A stretch of DNA of 64,000 bases, from NCBI GenBank assembly GCA_035495115.1, contig DATJGJ010000010.1, positions 2,407 through 66,406 of the forward strand, given 5' to 3'. A model generated the notes under the pieces. The model saw nothing but the letters and a program-made list of their open reading frames with translations, had not been told where the DNA came from and did no database searches. The first letter of the stretch is position 1, and the number at the start of each line of letters is the position of its first letter. Position numbers and translations under genes: made by a program. The DNA is from Minisyncoccota bacterium. GTDB lineage: Bacteria > Patescibacteriota > Minisyncoccia > Phycocordibacterales > PALSA-1337. This document shows positions 29,264 to 39,206 of the stretch, piece by piece.

Positions 29264-31120
29264 ATGAACGTACAACAAACAGGGAATGATGCTATGAGAT
29301 ATACGGCTACGCTCGCACTCTTGATGGGGATGGCATTTATGCTTCCTTCATTCAGCGGAGCTGTCATGGGTGTAGGTGCTTCTGACGCGTCGATCAATGC
29401 GGCAGCAGCAGTCACTTCGCTTTCTGTGACAAACAACAAGTCGATAAAATGTCCCGCAGGCTATACCTGTATCCCAAATCCAGTACCATTTTCAGATGTT
29501 ACTGCGAAAGTAACAGGGGATCCAAAGTTAGTGTTGACCTATGATTCAAACAATAAAGAAGCACTGCTCACTGCAAAATTTAATGTGACTGTTGATGGAG
29601 GAAAAAATGGAGTATACGTATATCAATATCCATATATCAGCTTTCACGATGCATCAGGCAATAATTCATATGTAAATACACAACGCAATTTGCCACTTCT
29701 CCCTGTTACAAAGATGGAAATGAAAACCGATAGCTACGGTCAGGTGGTTTATTGGGTAGCGCCAAATCGTCAAGCGAAATTTATCGCATTGGGAAGCGTA
29801 AATCCAAAGTCCCTTCTTTCTGGTTCATACACCGCATCTCTTGATGTGTTGATAGGTGAGAACTCGCTCACCAGTCCCTCTGGATTCAAGATTCCAGTAA
29901 GTCAGAACCAAACAAATTCAAAGACAATCATCGGCGAAACTTCTCCTTATATTTCTAGTATATCTCCATATCAAGCAAATGCGGGAGATAAGGTTACAAT
30001 ATACGGCCAGCGCCTAAATGCGGGAACAGTATATATAGATGGCGCGGTCATGTCTGGAGTCTTCGTTGGCAGTGCTCTTGATGGTACAGCTATGTGGTTC
30101 AATATTCCATCAACTCTTGCTACAGGATGGCATATCCTCACAGTTAGTAATGCTGATGGTATGAGTAATGGTGTTGGATTGGAGATTATTACACCTGTTT
30201 CAGTTGCTTCGATCGATGTTTCACTCGATCCCTCAAGTCCAATTGCAACAACAGTAGCAAGTACAAGTAGTGTACCTTTACTGGTTTTTGATCTAACTGC
30301 GCATGGCGGTATAGTGAATCTGTCTGGTGTCACCGTATCATTGTCAGTTTCTGGTGCAAATGGTAGTTCAGGTAGCTTAACTAAGGCATATTTGTATCGA
30401 GGTTCTGTTCTCGTGGGCACAACTGTTGTCACAAGCAGTCCTGAAACCGGAAGTATTGCTAAGTTCGATACTCAAAATATGCAGTTGCCTGCTGATGTAC
30501 ATGTTCCATTTGTTGTAAAAATCGACGCTGTTCCTGGTTCAAGTGGTATAACGTTGAGTGCTAGCGTAAACCCTGTAGCAGTGATGGCGACAGATTCAAG
30601 TGGTTCAACAATTAGTCCTACTGGTGGAGCAAGCGGTAGTACTATCACTATAATAGGTCCAGCCGCTACTTCTCCAGCACTCTCAAATATGTCAGCAAGT
30701 CTCGGTGCCGCGGTTGGTGATTCGAGTGGTATTATTTTGTACCCTGCAAAGTTTAATTTCACGCTTACAGCTGCCAATGCGTCGATTTATCTACTCACAA
30801 CAACATCAACAACTACAGGTCAAATAAATTCAATTAAGTTCGCTACAACGTTAGCAGATAACGATATGTTGCCAACCATCGCATCACTCGATGCTCAACC
30901 GAGCTCATTGGCAGGTGATAGTGCAACTTATTACGTTATCCCTGCAGGTACGTCACGTTCATTCTCGCTTTCTACTATGTTAAAAAAGTCAGATGCTCCT
31001 TATCAAACAGGATTAAATGTCGCTCAAGTTACGGAAATTGATTACAGGACAGATCCAACCTCAAAATACGGTTCTCCTCTGTATCCAGTTGACGGTCTTA
31101 AGGTTTTAGTCACTTTTTAG
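29264..31120 (+). CDS. Large secreted surface protein with IPT/TIG-like and other beta-sandwich domains
   Basis: Signal/TM segment, CPAGYTCIP motif, PYISSISP...GDKVTIYG (IPT/TIG), Ser/Thr-rich. Confidence 0.8.
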   Translation: MNVQQTGNDAMRYTATLALLMGMAFMLPSFSGAVMGVGASDASINAAAAVTSLSVTNNKSIKCPAGYTCIPNPVPFSDVTAKVTGDPKLVLTYDSNNKEALLTAKFNVTVDGGKNGVYVYQYPYISFHDASGNNSYVNTQRNLPLLPVTKMEMKTDSYGQVVYWVAPNRQAKFIALGSVNPKSLLSGSYTASLDVLIGENSLTSPSGFKIPVSQNQTNSKTIIGETSPYISSISPYQANAGDKVTIYGQRLNAGTVYIDGAVMSGVFVGSALDGTAMWFNIPSTLATGWHILTVSNADGMSNGVGLEIITPVSVASIDVSLDPSSPIATTVASTSSVPLLVFDLTAHGGIVNLSGVTVSLSVSGANGSSGSLTKAYLYRGSVLVGTTVVTSSPETGSIAKFDTQNMQLPADVHVPFVVKIDAVPGSSGITLSASVNPVAVMATDSSGSTISPTGGASGSTITIIGPAATSPALSNMSASLGAAVGDSSGIILYPAKFNFTLTAANASIYLLTTTSTTTGQINSIKFATTLADNDMLPTIASLDAQPSSLAGDSATYYVIPAGTSRSFSLSTMLKKSDAPYQTGLNVAQVTEIDYRTDPTSKYGSPLYPVDGLKVLVTF

Positions 31121-31358
31121 ACATAAAACTCTAATGCAAAAAACCGCTAAAGCACAATTTTAGCGGTTTTTTTGTGCTCGAGTGGGGTTATATTTGACAA
31201 CTTCACCCTCTATTGCTAATATGGCTGAATTCGCCTACCTGGCGTTTTATTAGTCATCCGACTGATAATTTATAAACTATTAATAACTTTATCTTTATCT
31301 TTTGATGTTTGGCATCACGCCTAAACGTAAAAAGGTAAAGCACTAAACAAATAATACT

Positions 31359-32549
31359 ATGGCAGCAGCAGAATTTAATCGTACCAAGCCTCACGTTAAC
31401 GTAGGCACAATCGGTCACGTTGACCACGGAAAGACAACTCTTACTACAGCTATCCTCGCCGTTCAGGCGAAGAAAGGTCTTGCTCAAAACAAGGCATATG
31501 CTGATATTGCAAAGGGTGGAACAGTTCGTGACGCTTCAAAGATCGTTACTATCTCTCTCGCGCACGTTGAATACGAGTCTCCTACTCGTCACTATGCGCA
31601 CATCGACGCTCCAGGTCACGCCGACTATATCAAGAACATGATTACTGGTGCCGCTCAAATGGACGGTGCAGTTCTCGTCGTATCAGCGCTTGATGGTGTT
31701 ATGCCACAGACACGTGAGCACGTTCTTCTTGCAAAACAAGTTGGTGTGCCTCGTATTGTCGTCTTTTTGAACAAGTGTGATGCAGTTCCAGAAGCTGATC
31801 TTATCGATCTCGTTGAGGAAGAAGTGCGTGAACTCCTCACAAAGCAAGGTTTCGACGGAAAGGGTGCCCCAGTCGTTCGTGGTTCAGCTCTCAAGGCTCT
31901 CGAAGGAGATGCTACATGGGAAGCGAAGATCGGCGAGCTCATGGATGCGTTGGACAACTATATTCCTATGCCAGTTCGTGAGACAGACAAGCCATTCCTC
32001 ATGCCTATCGAAGACATCTTCTCGATTGAAGGTCGTGGAACCGTGGTTACAGGCCGTATCGAGCGCGGTATGATCAAGGTTGGTGAAGAAGTTGAGATCA
32101 TCGGTTTCCGTGATACAACAAAGACAACTATCACTGGTATCGAAATGTTCAACAAGCAGCTCAAAGAAGGAATCGCTGGCGACAACGCTGGTCTCCTCCT
32201 CCGTGGTACAGCAAAGGATGACGTTTCTCGTGGTCAGGTCCTTGCAAAGCCAGGTTCAGTCAAGCCTCACACAGAATTTGAGTCTGAAGTATACGTTTTG
32301 AAGAAGGAAGAAGGTGGTCGCCACACCCCATTCTTTACTGGTTATAAGCCTCAGTTCTACATCCGTACGACAGACGTTACTGGTGAAGTTACACTCGCTG
32401 CAAACGTTGAAATGGTTATGCCAGGTGACACAGTCACATTCAAGGTTAAGCTCGTAGCACCAGTAGCTCTCGAAGAAAAGATGCGTTTCGCTGTCCGTGA
32501 AGGTGGCAAGACCGTCGGTGCAGGTGTCGTAACAAAGATCGTTGCCTAA
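31359..32549 (+). CDS. tuf: Elongation factor Tu (atypical switch I)
   Basis: [40 protein letters not shown]. Confidence 0.98.
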   Translation: MAAAEFNRTKPHVNVGTIGHVDHGKTTLTTAILAVQAKKGLAQNKAYADIAKGGTVRDASKIVTISLAHVEYESPTRHYAHIDAPGHADYIKNMITGAAQMDGAVLVVSALDGVMPQTREHVLLAKQVGVPRIVVFLNKCDAVPEADLIDLVEEEVRELLTKQGFDGKGAPVVRGSALKALEGDATWEAKIGELMDALDNYIPMPVRETDKPFLMPIEDIFSIEGRGTVVTGRIERGMIKVGEEVEIIGFRDTTKTTITGIEMFNKQLKEGIAGDNAGLLLRGTAKDDVSRGQVLAKPGSVKPHTEFESEVYVLKKEEGGRHTPFFTGYKPQFYIRTTDVTGEVTLAANVEMVMPGDTVTFKVKLVAPVALEEKMRFAVREGGKTVGAGVVTKIVA

Positions 32550-32574
32550 ATCCTCTTTATAGAGACTGATTATC

Positions 32575-32946
32575 ATGACTACTGCTAAAGAAACAACAAA
32601 GAAAGCTCCTCGTGCCAAGAAAATCAAGGCAGAAGGGGAAGTCTCTCATCTCCGCATTCGTGTTCGCGCCTATGAGCACAAGATCCTTGACGCTTCACTT
32701 CGTCAGATCATGGATATTGCTTCGAGATACGATGTAACCGTCAACGGCCCAGTACCGCTCCCAACAGAGATCAAGAAGTACACCGTCAACCGTTCATCAT
32801 TCATCGACAAGAACAGCCGTGAACAGTTCGAAATGCGTGTCCACAAGCGCCTCATAGATATTATCAACCCAAATCCAAAGGTTATCGAAGCCCTAACGAA
32901 CTTGAGTCTACCATCTGGAGTCAACATAGACGTAAAGATGATGTAG
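32575..32946 (+). CDS. rpsJ: 30S ribosomal protein S10
   Basis: GPVPLPT, SREQFEMRVHKRLIDI. Confidence 0.97.
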   Translation: MTTAKETTKKAPRAKKIKAEGEVSHLRIRVRAYEHKILDASLRQIMDIASRYDVTVNGPVPLPTEIKKYTVNRSSFIDKNSREQFEMRVHKRLIDIINPNPKVIEALTNLSLPSGVNIDVKMM

Positions 32947-33032
32947 CTTGAAAAGGGAATAAGAGAAGTAAGGAAAGATGAAAATTTCATTCTTCCCTTA
33001 TTTCATCTTTTCCCTACACTTAAAATACTGAC

Positions 33033-33638
33033 ATGAAATTCATTCTAGGAAGAAAACTGAATATGGCCCAGATATATGACGCTTCTGGCGCTGTTATACC
33101 AGTGACTCTTGTCACAGTACGTGGCAATGTCGTCACTCAAGTACGTACAAAGGATGTTGATGGCTATGAAGCTGTCCAGATTGGTGAGGGATCACGCAAT
33201 CCAGGACGCATCAACAAGGCACAAAAAGGCCAATTCAAGGATTTGGGCAATTTTGCGGCAGTTGCTGAGTTCCGTGTCGATGCCCCAGCGGTAAAGACAG
33301 GGGACAAAGTAGAGCTCTCACAGTTTGCAGTAGGCGACGTAGTCACTGTTTCAGCTATCTCAAAAGGTAAAGGTTTCCAAGGTGTCGTTAAGCGCCATGG
33401 ATTCGGCGGTGGACCACGTTCACACGGCCAGAAGCACTCAGAGCGCGAGCCTGGTTCTATCGGTGGCGGTCTCCGTACCCGTGTTCCAGTCGGCATGCGC
33501 ATGGCAGGTCGTATGGGTAGTGATCGTATTACTGTCAAGAACCTCAAGGTCGCTCATATTGACGCAGACGAAAATGTCATGTATGTTGCTGGAGCAATCC
33601 CAGGAAAGAGAGGTACATTAGTGGAGATCGTAGGTTAA
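33033..33638 (+). CDS. rplC: 50S ribosomal protein L3
   Basis: DGYEAVQIG, SKGKGFQGVVKRHGF, MAGRMG. Confidence 0.97.
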   Translation: MKFILGRKLNMAQIYDASGAVIPVTLVTVRGNVVTQVRTKDVDGYEAVQIGEGSRNPGRINKAQKGQFKDLGNFAAVAEFRVDAPAVKTGDKVELSQFAVGDVVTVSAISKGKGFQGVVKRHGFGGGPRSHGQKHSEREPGSIGGGLRTRVPVGMRMAGRMGSDRITVKNLKVAHIDADENVMYVAGAIPGKRGTLVEIVG

Positions 33639-33652
33639 TCATTTATACCATC

Positions 33653-34321
33653 ATGGAAACAAAAATCTACAATCAAACAGGCAAAGAAGCAGGAAAGTTC
33701 AAACTCCCTGTCGGTATCTTTGACTTGCCATGGAATGCTGACCTCGTCCACGAAGTGGTCCGTCTCATGAACTCAAATTCACGCACAAACGTCGCTCACA
33801 CGAAGACTCGTGGCGAAGTTCGTGGTGGTGGCAAGAAGCCATGGAAGCAAAAGGGTACAGGTCGCGCGCGTCACGGTTCATCACGCTCACCTATCTGGGT
33901 TGGTGGTGGTGTTACCCATGGCCCACGCAATGATCAGAATTTCAATCGTAAGATCAACAAGAAGGTCAAGGATAAAGCTCTTCTTACAGTTCTTTCACGT
34001 AAGTGGAAGGACGGCGAGATCCTCTTTGTCGATGCTATTTCTCTTGCAAAGCCAAAGTCAAAGGATGCACGCGCTATACTTACCGCTTTTGGTTCTATCA
34101 AAGGCTTTGAGAAGGTTGCAACAAAGAAAAAGAATGCAGCTCTCATCGCTTTCGACAAGAGAACAGAGGCTGTCGACAAGAGTTTCAAGAACTTCGGCAA
34201 TATTTCTATCGAAGAATTCCGCAATATCAACCCGGTTTCTTTGATGAATCACTCATATCTTATTGTCGTCAATCCTGAGAATTCACTCAAGACATTATCA
34301 GCTAAGGTTACACAAGCTTAA
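33653..34321 (+). CDS. rplD: 50S ribosomal protein L4
   Basis: TRGEVRGGGKKPWKQKGTGRARHGS. Confidence 0.97.
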   Translation: METKIYNQTGKEAGKFKLPVGIFDLPWNADLVHEVVRLMNSNSRTNVAHTKTRGEVRGGGKKPWKQKGTGRARHGSSRSPIWVGGGVTHGPRNDQNFNRKINKKVKDKALLTVLSRKWKDGEILFVDAISLAKPKSKDARAILTAFGSIKGFEKVATKKKNAALIAFDKRTEAVDKSFKNFGNISIEEFRNINPVSLMNHSYLIVVNPENSLKTLSAKVTQA

Positions 34322-34330
34322 TTTACTACT

Positions 34331-34744
34331 ATGGCATTATTTGGATCAAAAAAGACAAAGACAGAAGTAGTGGAGAAGGCTGCTGCACCAGCTGTTAAGA
34401 AGGCAACAAAGAAAGTTTCTGAAAAGAAATCAACCGCAGTTGCTCCAGTCGTTGCTCATGTTGCACCTATGTCAGCTGCATCTATCATCCTTCGTCCACA
34501 CATTACAGAGAAGTCAGGCATCCTCAGTCAAGGCGGCGTATATACGTTCGTTGTCACGAAAGGAGCCAACAAGCCTTCTATCGCTCAGGCAATCAAAGCT
34601 CTCTACAAAGTAAGCCCAATCAAAGTAACCGTCGTCAATCTTCCTTCAAAGAATGTCTTTGTTCGTGGCAAGAAAGGCGTCGTATCTGGCATACGTAAAG
34701 CAGTTGTCACTTTGAAAGAAGGAGACAAGATCGACTTTGTGTAG
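34331..34744 (+). CDS. rplW: 50S ribosomal protein L23 with N-terminal Lys/Ala extension
   Basis: ILRPHITEKS, RKAVVTLKEG. Confidence 0.95.
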   Translation: MALFGSKKTKTEVVEKAAAPAVKKATKKVSEKKSTAVAPVVAHVAPMSAASIILRPHITEKSGILSQGGVYTFVVTKGANKPSIAQAIKALYKVSPIKVTVVNLPSKNVFVRGKKGVVSGIRKAVVTLKEGDKIDFV

Positions 34745-34801
34745 GCCGCACCACGAATACGCCACACGAATTAGAACAAATTCAATTTAAATTATAAAAA
34801 C

Positions 34802-35653
34802 ATGAAATCATTCCGCCCAACCTCAAAATCACGTCGTCACATGACTGTTCTCCCATTCAAGGAGTATCTCACAGTCAGCGAGCCATATAAGCCTCTTACC
34901 CACGGTTTCAAGCGTGATGTAGGACGCAATGCGCACGGTCGCATCACTGTTCGTCATCAGGGTGGAGGTCACAAGAAGCTCTATCGCGAGATTGATTTCA
35001 TGTATGACAAAAAGGATGTTATTGCAACGGTGAAGACCATTGAATACGATCCATTCCGTACTGGTTATATCGGTCTTGTTGCATACAAGGATGGTGAGAA
35101 GCGCTACGTTCTCCTCCCAAAGACCATGAAGGTCGGCAACTCATTCATCGTTTCTGAGAATGCGCCTGTTACTACTGGTAACCGTCTTCCACTCAAAAAG
35201 ATTCCTGTCGGCGCTTTCGTTTTTAATATCGAAGTTAAGCCAGGCTCAGGATCAAAGCTTGTTCGCTCAGCTGGTTCATTCGCTCAGGTTATCGCTAATG
35301 ATGCAGGTTATACTCACATCAAGATGCCTTCGACAGAAGTCCGCAAGATTCACGAAGACGCATGGGCATCAATCGGTGCAGTTTCAAACGAAGAAAACCG
35401 CCTCGTTAATGTCGGTAAAGCAGGTCGCTCACGTTGGATGGGTATCCGTCCTACAGTTCGTGGTACTGCTCAGAACCCAGTGGATCACCCATACGGTGGT
35501 GGTGAACAGCGTCAGGGTCGTGGTCTCCGTCGTCTCAAGACACGTTGGGGTAAGCCAGCAGGTAAGGGCCAGAAGACACGCACACCAAAGAAATACTCGA
35601 ACGTCTTTATCGTTTCTCGCCGTCAGGTTGGCAAGAAGAAGACAACTCTCTAA
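34802..35653 (+). CDS. rplB: 50S ribosomal protein L2
   Basis: GRITVRHQGGG, EYDPFR, RGTAQNPVDHPYGGGE. Confidence 0.98.
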   Translation: MKSFRPTSKSRRHMTVLPFKEYLTVSEPYKPLTHGFKRDVGRNAHGRITVRHQGGGHKKLYREIDFMYDKKDVIATVKTIEYDPFRTGYIGLVAYKDGEKRYVLLPKTMKVGNSFIVSENAPVTTGNRLPLKKIPVGAFVFNIEVKPGSGSKLVRSAGSFAQVIANDAGYTHIKMPSTEVRKIHEDAWASIGAVSNEENRLVNVGKAGRSRWMGIRPTVRGTAQNPVDHPYGGGEQRQGRGLRRLKTRWGKPAGKGQKTRTPKKYSNVFIVSRRQVGKKKTTL

Positions 35654-35764
35654 TCATGAGAAATGTCGCTCACGGTTTGCACAAGATCTTTGTGAAAGTC
35701 GTAAAAGCGACACTTCACAAGATGGTGATGTTCACTATCACAAAAGAGATTCTCTAAAGAGAAC

Positions 35765-35789
35765 AAAACACCCGAAAGGGTGTTTTTTG
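35765..35789 (+). terminator. Intrinsic terminator after rplB
   Basis: AAAACACCC-GAAA-GGGTGTTTTTTG. Confidence 0.85.
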
Positions 35790-35904
35790 TTTCCGCCAAT
35801 AATCATTGACAAATTAGGAATTTCAAGTAGTTTTACAGCAGAACTTGAGGGGTAGCCGCCTCATATTCCAAAACTACAAGGCTACATAAGGAAAGAACAT
35901 TACA

Positions 35905-37122
35905 ATGAGAAAATCATTACTACAACCTGCCGGAGGTAATATCTTCCAGGCAGTCAAAGCTCAACGAGCCGAAGCTGAAAGAGCTGGCATCAAGATCATC
36001 AACCTTACGATTGGACAACCTGCTGGACCTGCCTTTGAAGCAGCCAGAAAGGCGGCTGCTGAGGCGGTCATGTCAGGGGCGGAGAACATGCACGAGTATC
36101 AGGACAACGCTTGTCATCCGTGTCCGGACTTTGCCTCACGTTTTGTCGCGTGCCACGTGTTCCGTGATCTTGAAGGCGCCGCAGTTGAATACTTGCCGAT
36201 CGTTGGCATCAAGCCGACGCTCGATATGGTCATTAAATCTTTGGGCACATGGGATCGTTCGGATGCCAAGCCTGCCCGAGTCTTCACTATGACCAATCCG
36301 GGCTATGGCACCTCCGCCTATGCTTGCAAAGCGATCAAGGGCATCGAGCAGTATCCTTTGCCCATGGATCAGAAGGATTGCTTTCTGTTCGATCCAGAAC
36401 TGATTAGGCTCAAGGAAGGCATCGTTCTTGGGGAAGGCGACATGATTATGTTGAACTTCCCGCACAATCCAACGGGCATCATTGCTCGTGAAGAATGGCT
36501 TCGTTGCTTGTGCGCCTTTTGCGAGTCTCGTGGCATTCGTTTGTTCAACGATGGCGCATATCATATCTTGGCTCACAATGATGATTCAGTGACTCTGGCT
36601 GATGTTGCGATTGATTTTCCCAATCTCAACTGGGCTGAAGCCTTCTCTGCTTCAAAGGCAGGTAACTTCACTGGATGGCGCATCGGTGCGATCGTTGGTT
36701 CGCCGGAGTTCGTGAACGATATCAAACGGATCAAAGGCGAATCTGATAGTGGCTTTGTTGCCTTTGCTGCTGCCGGTGTCTTGGATCAGTTTGAAAAACA
36801 TGGTTCCGACATTGTTCAGCTGCGGGGGCTTTACAAGAAACGTCTCAGGCTCGTAGCGGATACGCTGACTGGGAACGGCATGCGTCTCTCAGTTGAACCG
36901 GAGGCAGGTTTCTTCCTACTCTTCGATAGTCCGTCCTTGGCGTTCGGTCAAGAATGCGCCAATGCTGCTGAATTCAACGCATTGATGATCCAGAAGACAG
37001 GGATCGCCGGTGTCCCATTCGGCAAATGGATTCGTTATGCCATCTGTGCCACTGATGTTGAGGCAGTCATCAACGAAATCGAGGCAGGCTTTATGGTTGC
37101 CGAGGTTGTCTATTATAATTGA
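35905..37122 (+). CDS. PLP-dependent class I/II aminotransferase, probable LL-diaminopimelate aminotransferase (DapL-like)
   Basis: INLTIGQP, LNFPHNPTG, FNDGAY, FSASKAGNFTGWRIG; near lysA. Substrate inferred from context. Confidence 0.75.
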   Translation: MRKSLLQPAGGNIFQAVKAQRAEAERAGIKIINLTIGQPAGPAFEAARKAAAEAVMSGAENMHEYQDNACHPCPDFASRFVACHVFRDLEGAAVEYLPIVGIKPTLDMVIKSLGTWDRSDAKPARVFTMTNPGYGTSAYACKAIKGIEQYPLPMDQKDCFLFDPELIRLKEGIVLGEGDMIMLNFPHNPTGIIAREEWLRCLCAFCESRGIRLFNDGAYHILAHNDDSVTLADVAIDFPNLNWAEAFSASKAGNFTGWRIGAIVGSPEFVNDIKRIKGESDSGFVAFAAAGVLDQFEKHGSDIVQLRGLYKKRLRLVADTLTGNGMRLSVEPEAGFFLLFDSPSLAFGQECANAAEFNALMIQKTGIAGVPFGKWIRYAICATDVEAVINEIEAGFMVAEVVYYN

Positions 37123-37221
37123 TTGTTTCTCCCTCACCTCGCCATCCGGTTTTTACTGGGTGGCGATTTTTAATATAAAAACCGTTCCCAGGGAAGGAAA
37201 CGGTGAGAATGAAGGAAGGCT

Positions 37222-37710
37222 TTAGAAAAAGAGAGGAGGGCTATTTTCCAAGAATGCCTTGAACAGTGCGCCAGCCTTTGCATTGATTTGGATGGCAAAA
37301 GTTTCGGCGGCAATATGGTCATCGTCTCCAGTTTTGAAGCCACTGATTGCAGTAACCAGATTGTTGAAGTAAACGCCGCCAGGAAACCTGAAGTCGCCCT
37401 CACAAATGAGTGCCGGTTTTTTGAACATATCAATGTTCGACATCTTGGTTCGCCAAGCTGCCCGAGCCTTCGCAAATGCGAACTCGCTGTATTTATGTGG
37501 CCATTTTGTTTCTTCCTGCTCACCGAGCGTGCCGCGCCACAATACCTGCGGATCAAGACCACTATCAACTGTTATGACCGGGTCCAATACGATGATGACC
37601 GCCGCGGTCCGACCAGGGACATTGGTGATGTATCTTTTGGTTAAATCAGCGCACTGCTCTTGGAATATTTCCTCAATCATTTCCGCGGTAACGAACTTTG
37701 ATTTTGACAT
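37222..37710 (-). CDS. GlcG/HbpS (DUF336)-like protein
   Basis: AFAKARAAWRT...FPGGV...AISG...DDHIAAE resembles the GlcG pattern. Confidence 0.55.
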   Translation of the reverse strand: MSKSKFVTAEMIEEIFQEQCADLTKRYITNVPGRTAAVIIVLDPVITVDSGLDPQVLWRGTLGEQEETKWPHKYSEFAFAKARAAWRTKMSNIDMFKKPALICEGDFRFPGGVYFNNLVTAISGFKTGDDDHIAAETFAIQINAKAGALFKAFLENSPPLFF

Positions 37711-37898
37711 GTTCAAGCCTTTGTTGTTGCCATCGCGTCATGCAATGGATCTGGCGTATTTCTACCTTTTTTGTATCGGTGTGTCAAACACATTTCTTGA
37801 CATTGCCCGAGATAATCAGTAGTCTTGCGACAGACACAGTATCGGCGGTCTGTGTTAAAAACTACCGCTATAACAACGTAATATGGAGAAAATTAGTT

Positions 37899-39206
37899 AT
37901 GCCAATGTCGAAAGACTTCGAAAAACGTTTGTTGGCCATTCTGCCACAAGTCATTGAAAAATTTGGGACACCATTTCACATCTATGATGAGCAGGGGATA
38001 TGCGAAGGCCTTCGTCGCTTGAACGGTGCTTTTGCATCGCACGAGTTGCCGTTCAAAGAATTCTACGCAGTGAAGGCTTTGCCGAAACCTGCCATTATGG
38101 AAATCATCAAGCGGGAAGGTTGCGGTTTCGACTGCAGTTCGATTCCCGAGCTCCGCTTGGCCCGCAACGCCGGCGCACGACCAGGGGACATCATGTTCAC
38201 TTCGAACAACACGTCTTTGAAAGAATTCCGGGAAGCTCTTGATCATGGTGGTTGCATCCTCAATCTCGACGGTATCGAATACATCGAGAAGGTCAAATCG
38301 CTCGGTGCATTTCCGGAGCTTATCTGTTTCCGGCTCAATCCCGGTGACCGTAAGACCGACAATGAAGTAAACTCGATCATTGGGAAGCCGAAGGAATCAA
38401 AGTATGGTGTGCCGATTGAAAATATCGTCACAGCTTACAGGTTGGCAAAGGAGGCCGGCGCAAAATCCTTCGGACTGCACACGATGGTGTGCAGCAATGA
38501 TCGGGACTACAAGCACATGGTTGCCACTTTCAAACTGTTGCTTGAAGTCGCGGAGCAACTTGAGAAAGAGTTGGGTATCGTGCTCGAATTCGTCAATGTC
38601 GGTGGGGGAGTGGGTATTCCATATCGTCCTGACGACACGGAATTCGACATCGAAGCATTCGCCAAGGACTGTTCGGCTCTTGCAGATGAATTCGAGTCGA
38701 AGCACGATTACGTCCCGCGAATCTTTATGGAAAGCGGGCGTTGGGTGACTGGTCAGCATGGCGTTCTGGTTAACCGCGTGATCAATACTTACGACAAATA
38801 CAAGAAGTTCGTGGGTGTTGAAGTGGCGATGCCGGCACTTATGCGACCTGGTATGTATGAAGTGTATCATCATTGCACTCTTCTCAACTCTGACGGGTCG
38901 CCGATCATTGAGGGGAGCCGTCCTCTGGTTCAAGTCACCGTTGCGGGATCAATATGCGAAAATTGTGATGTTCTCGCGCGCGACATTTGGTTGCCGGAAC
39001 CGCACGAAGGCGACCTGATTGTTACGCATACCACCGGGGCACATGGCACGGCGATGTGTTTCAATTATAATGGCAGGACCCGCATCCAAGAGCTGCTCAA
39101 TTACATAATGGGCTACGTTCGTCGCATCTGTCGCGCTGAAACCGATGATGACCTCGAAGTTCGTCATCGCGACCTCGAGGGTGAAGAACACGTTATCAAG
39201 GTTTGA
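37899..39206 (+). CDS. lysA: Diaminopimelate decarboxylase
   Basis: GTPFHIYDE, FYAVKA (PLP Lys), SKYG, VGGG, ESGR, GSICEN, FNYNGR. Confidence 0.88.
   Translation: MPMSKDFEKRLLAILPQVIEKFGTPFHIYDEQGICEGLRRLNGAFASHELPFKEFYAVKALPKPAIMEIIKREGCGFDCSSIPELRLARNAGARPGDIMFTSNNTSLKEFREALDHGGCILNLDGIEYIEKVKSLGAFPELICFRLNPGDRKTDNEVNSIIGKPKESKYGVPIENIVTAYRLAKEAGAKSFGLHTMVCSNDRDYKHMVATFKLLLEVAEQLEKELGIVLEFVNVGGGVGIPYRPDDTEFDIEAFAKDCSALADEFESKHDYVPRIFMESGRWVTGQHGVLVNRVINTYDKYKKFVGVEVAMPALMRPGMYEVYHHCTLLNSDGSPIIEGSRPLVQVTVAGSICENCDVLARDIWLPEPHEGDLIVTHTTGAHGTAMCFNYNGRTRIQELLNYIMGYVRRICRAETDDDLEVRHRDLEGEEHVIKV

Noticed and set aside
35790-37898. Classical lysine (L-box) riboswitch or T-box before dapL/lysA
   Set aside because: The leaders are only about 70 nt and lack the L-box and T-box consensus.
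37698-37898. Extended N-termini from the ORF track (lysA, rpsS, rpsC, rplF, smpB, infC)
   Set aside because: They overlap promoters or neighbouring genes; family homology begins at the downstream ATGs used here.
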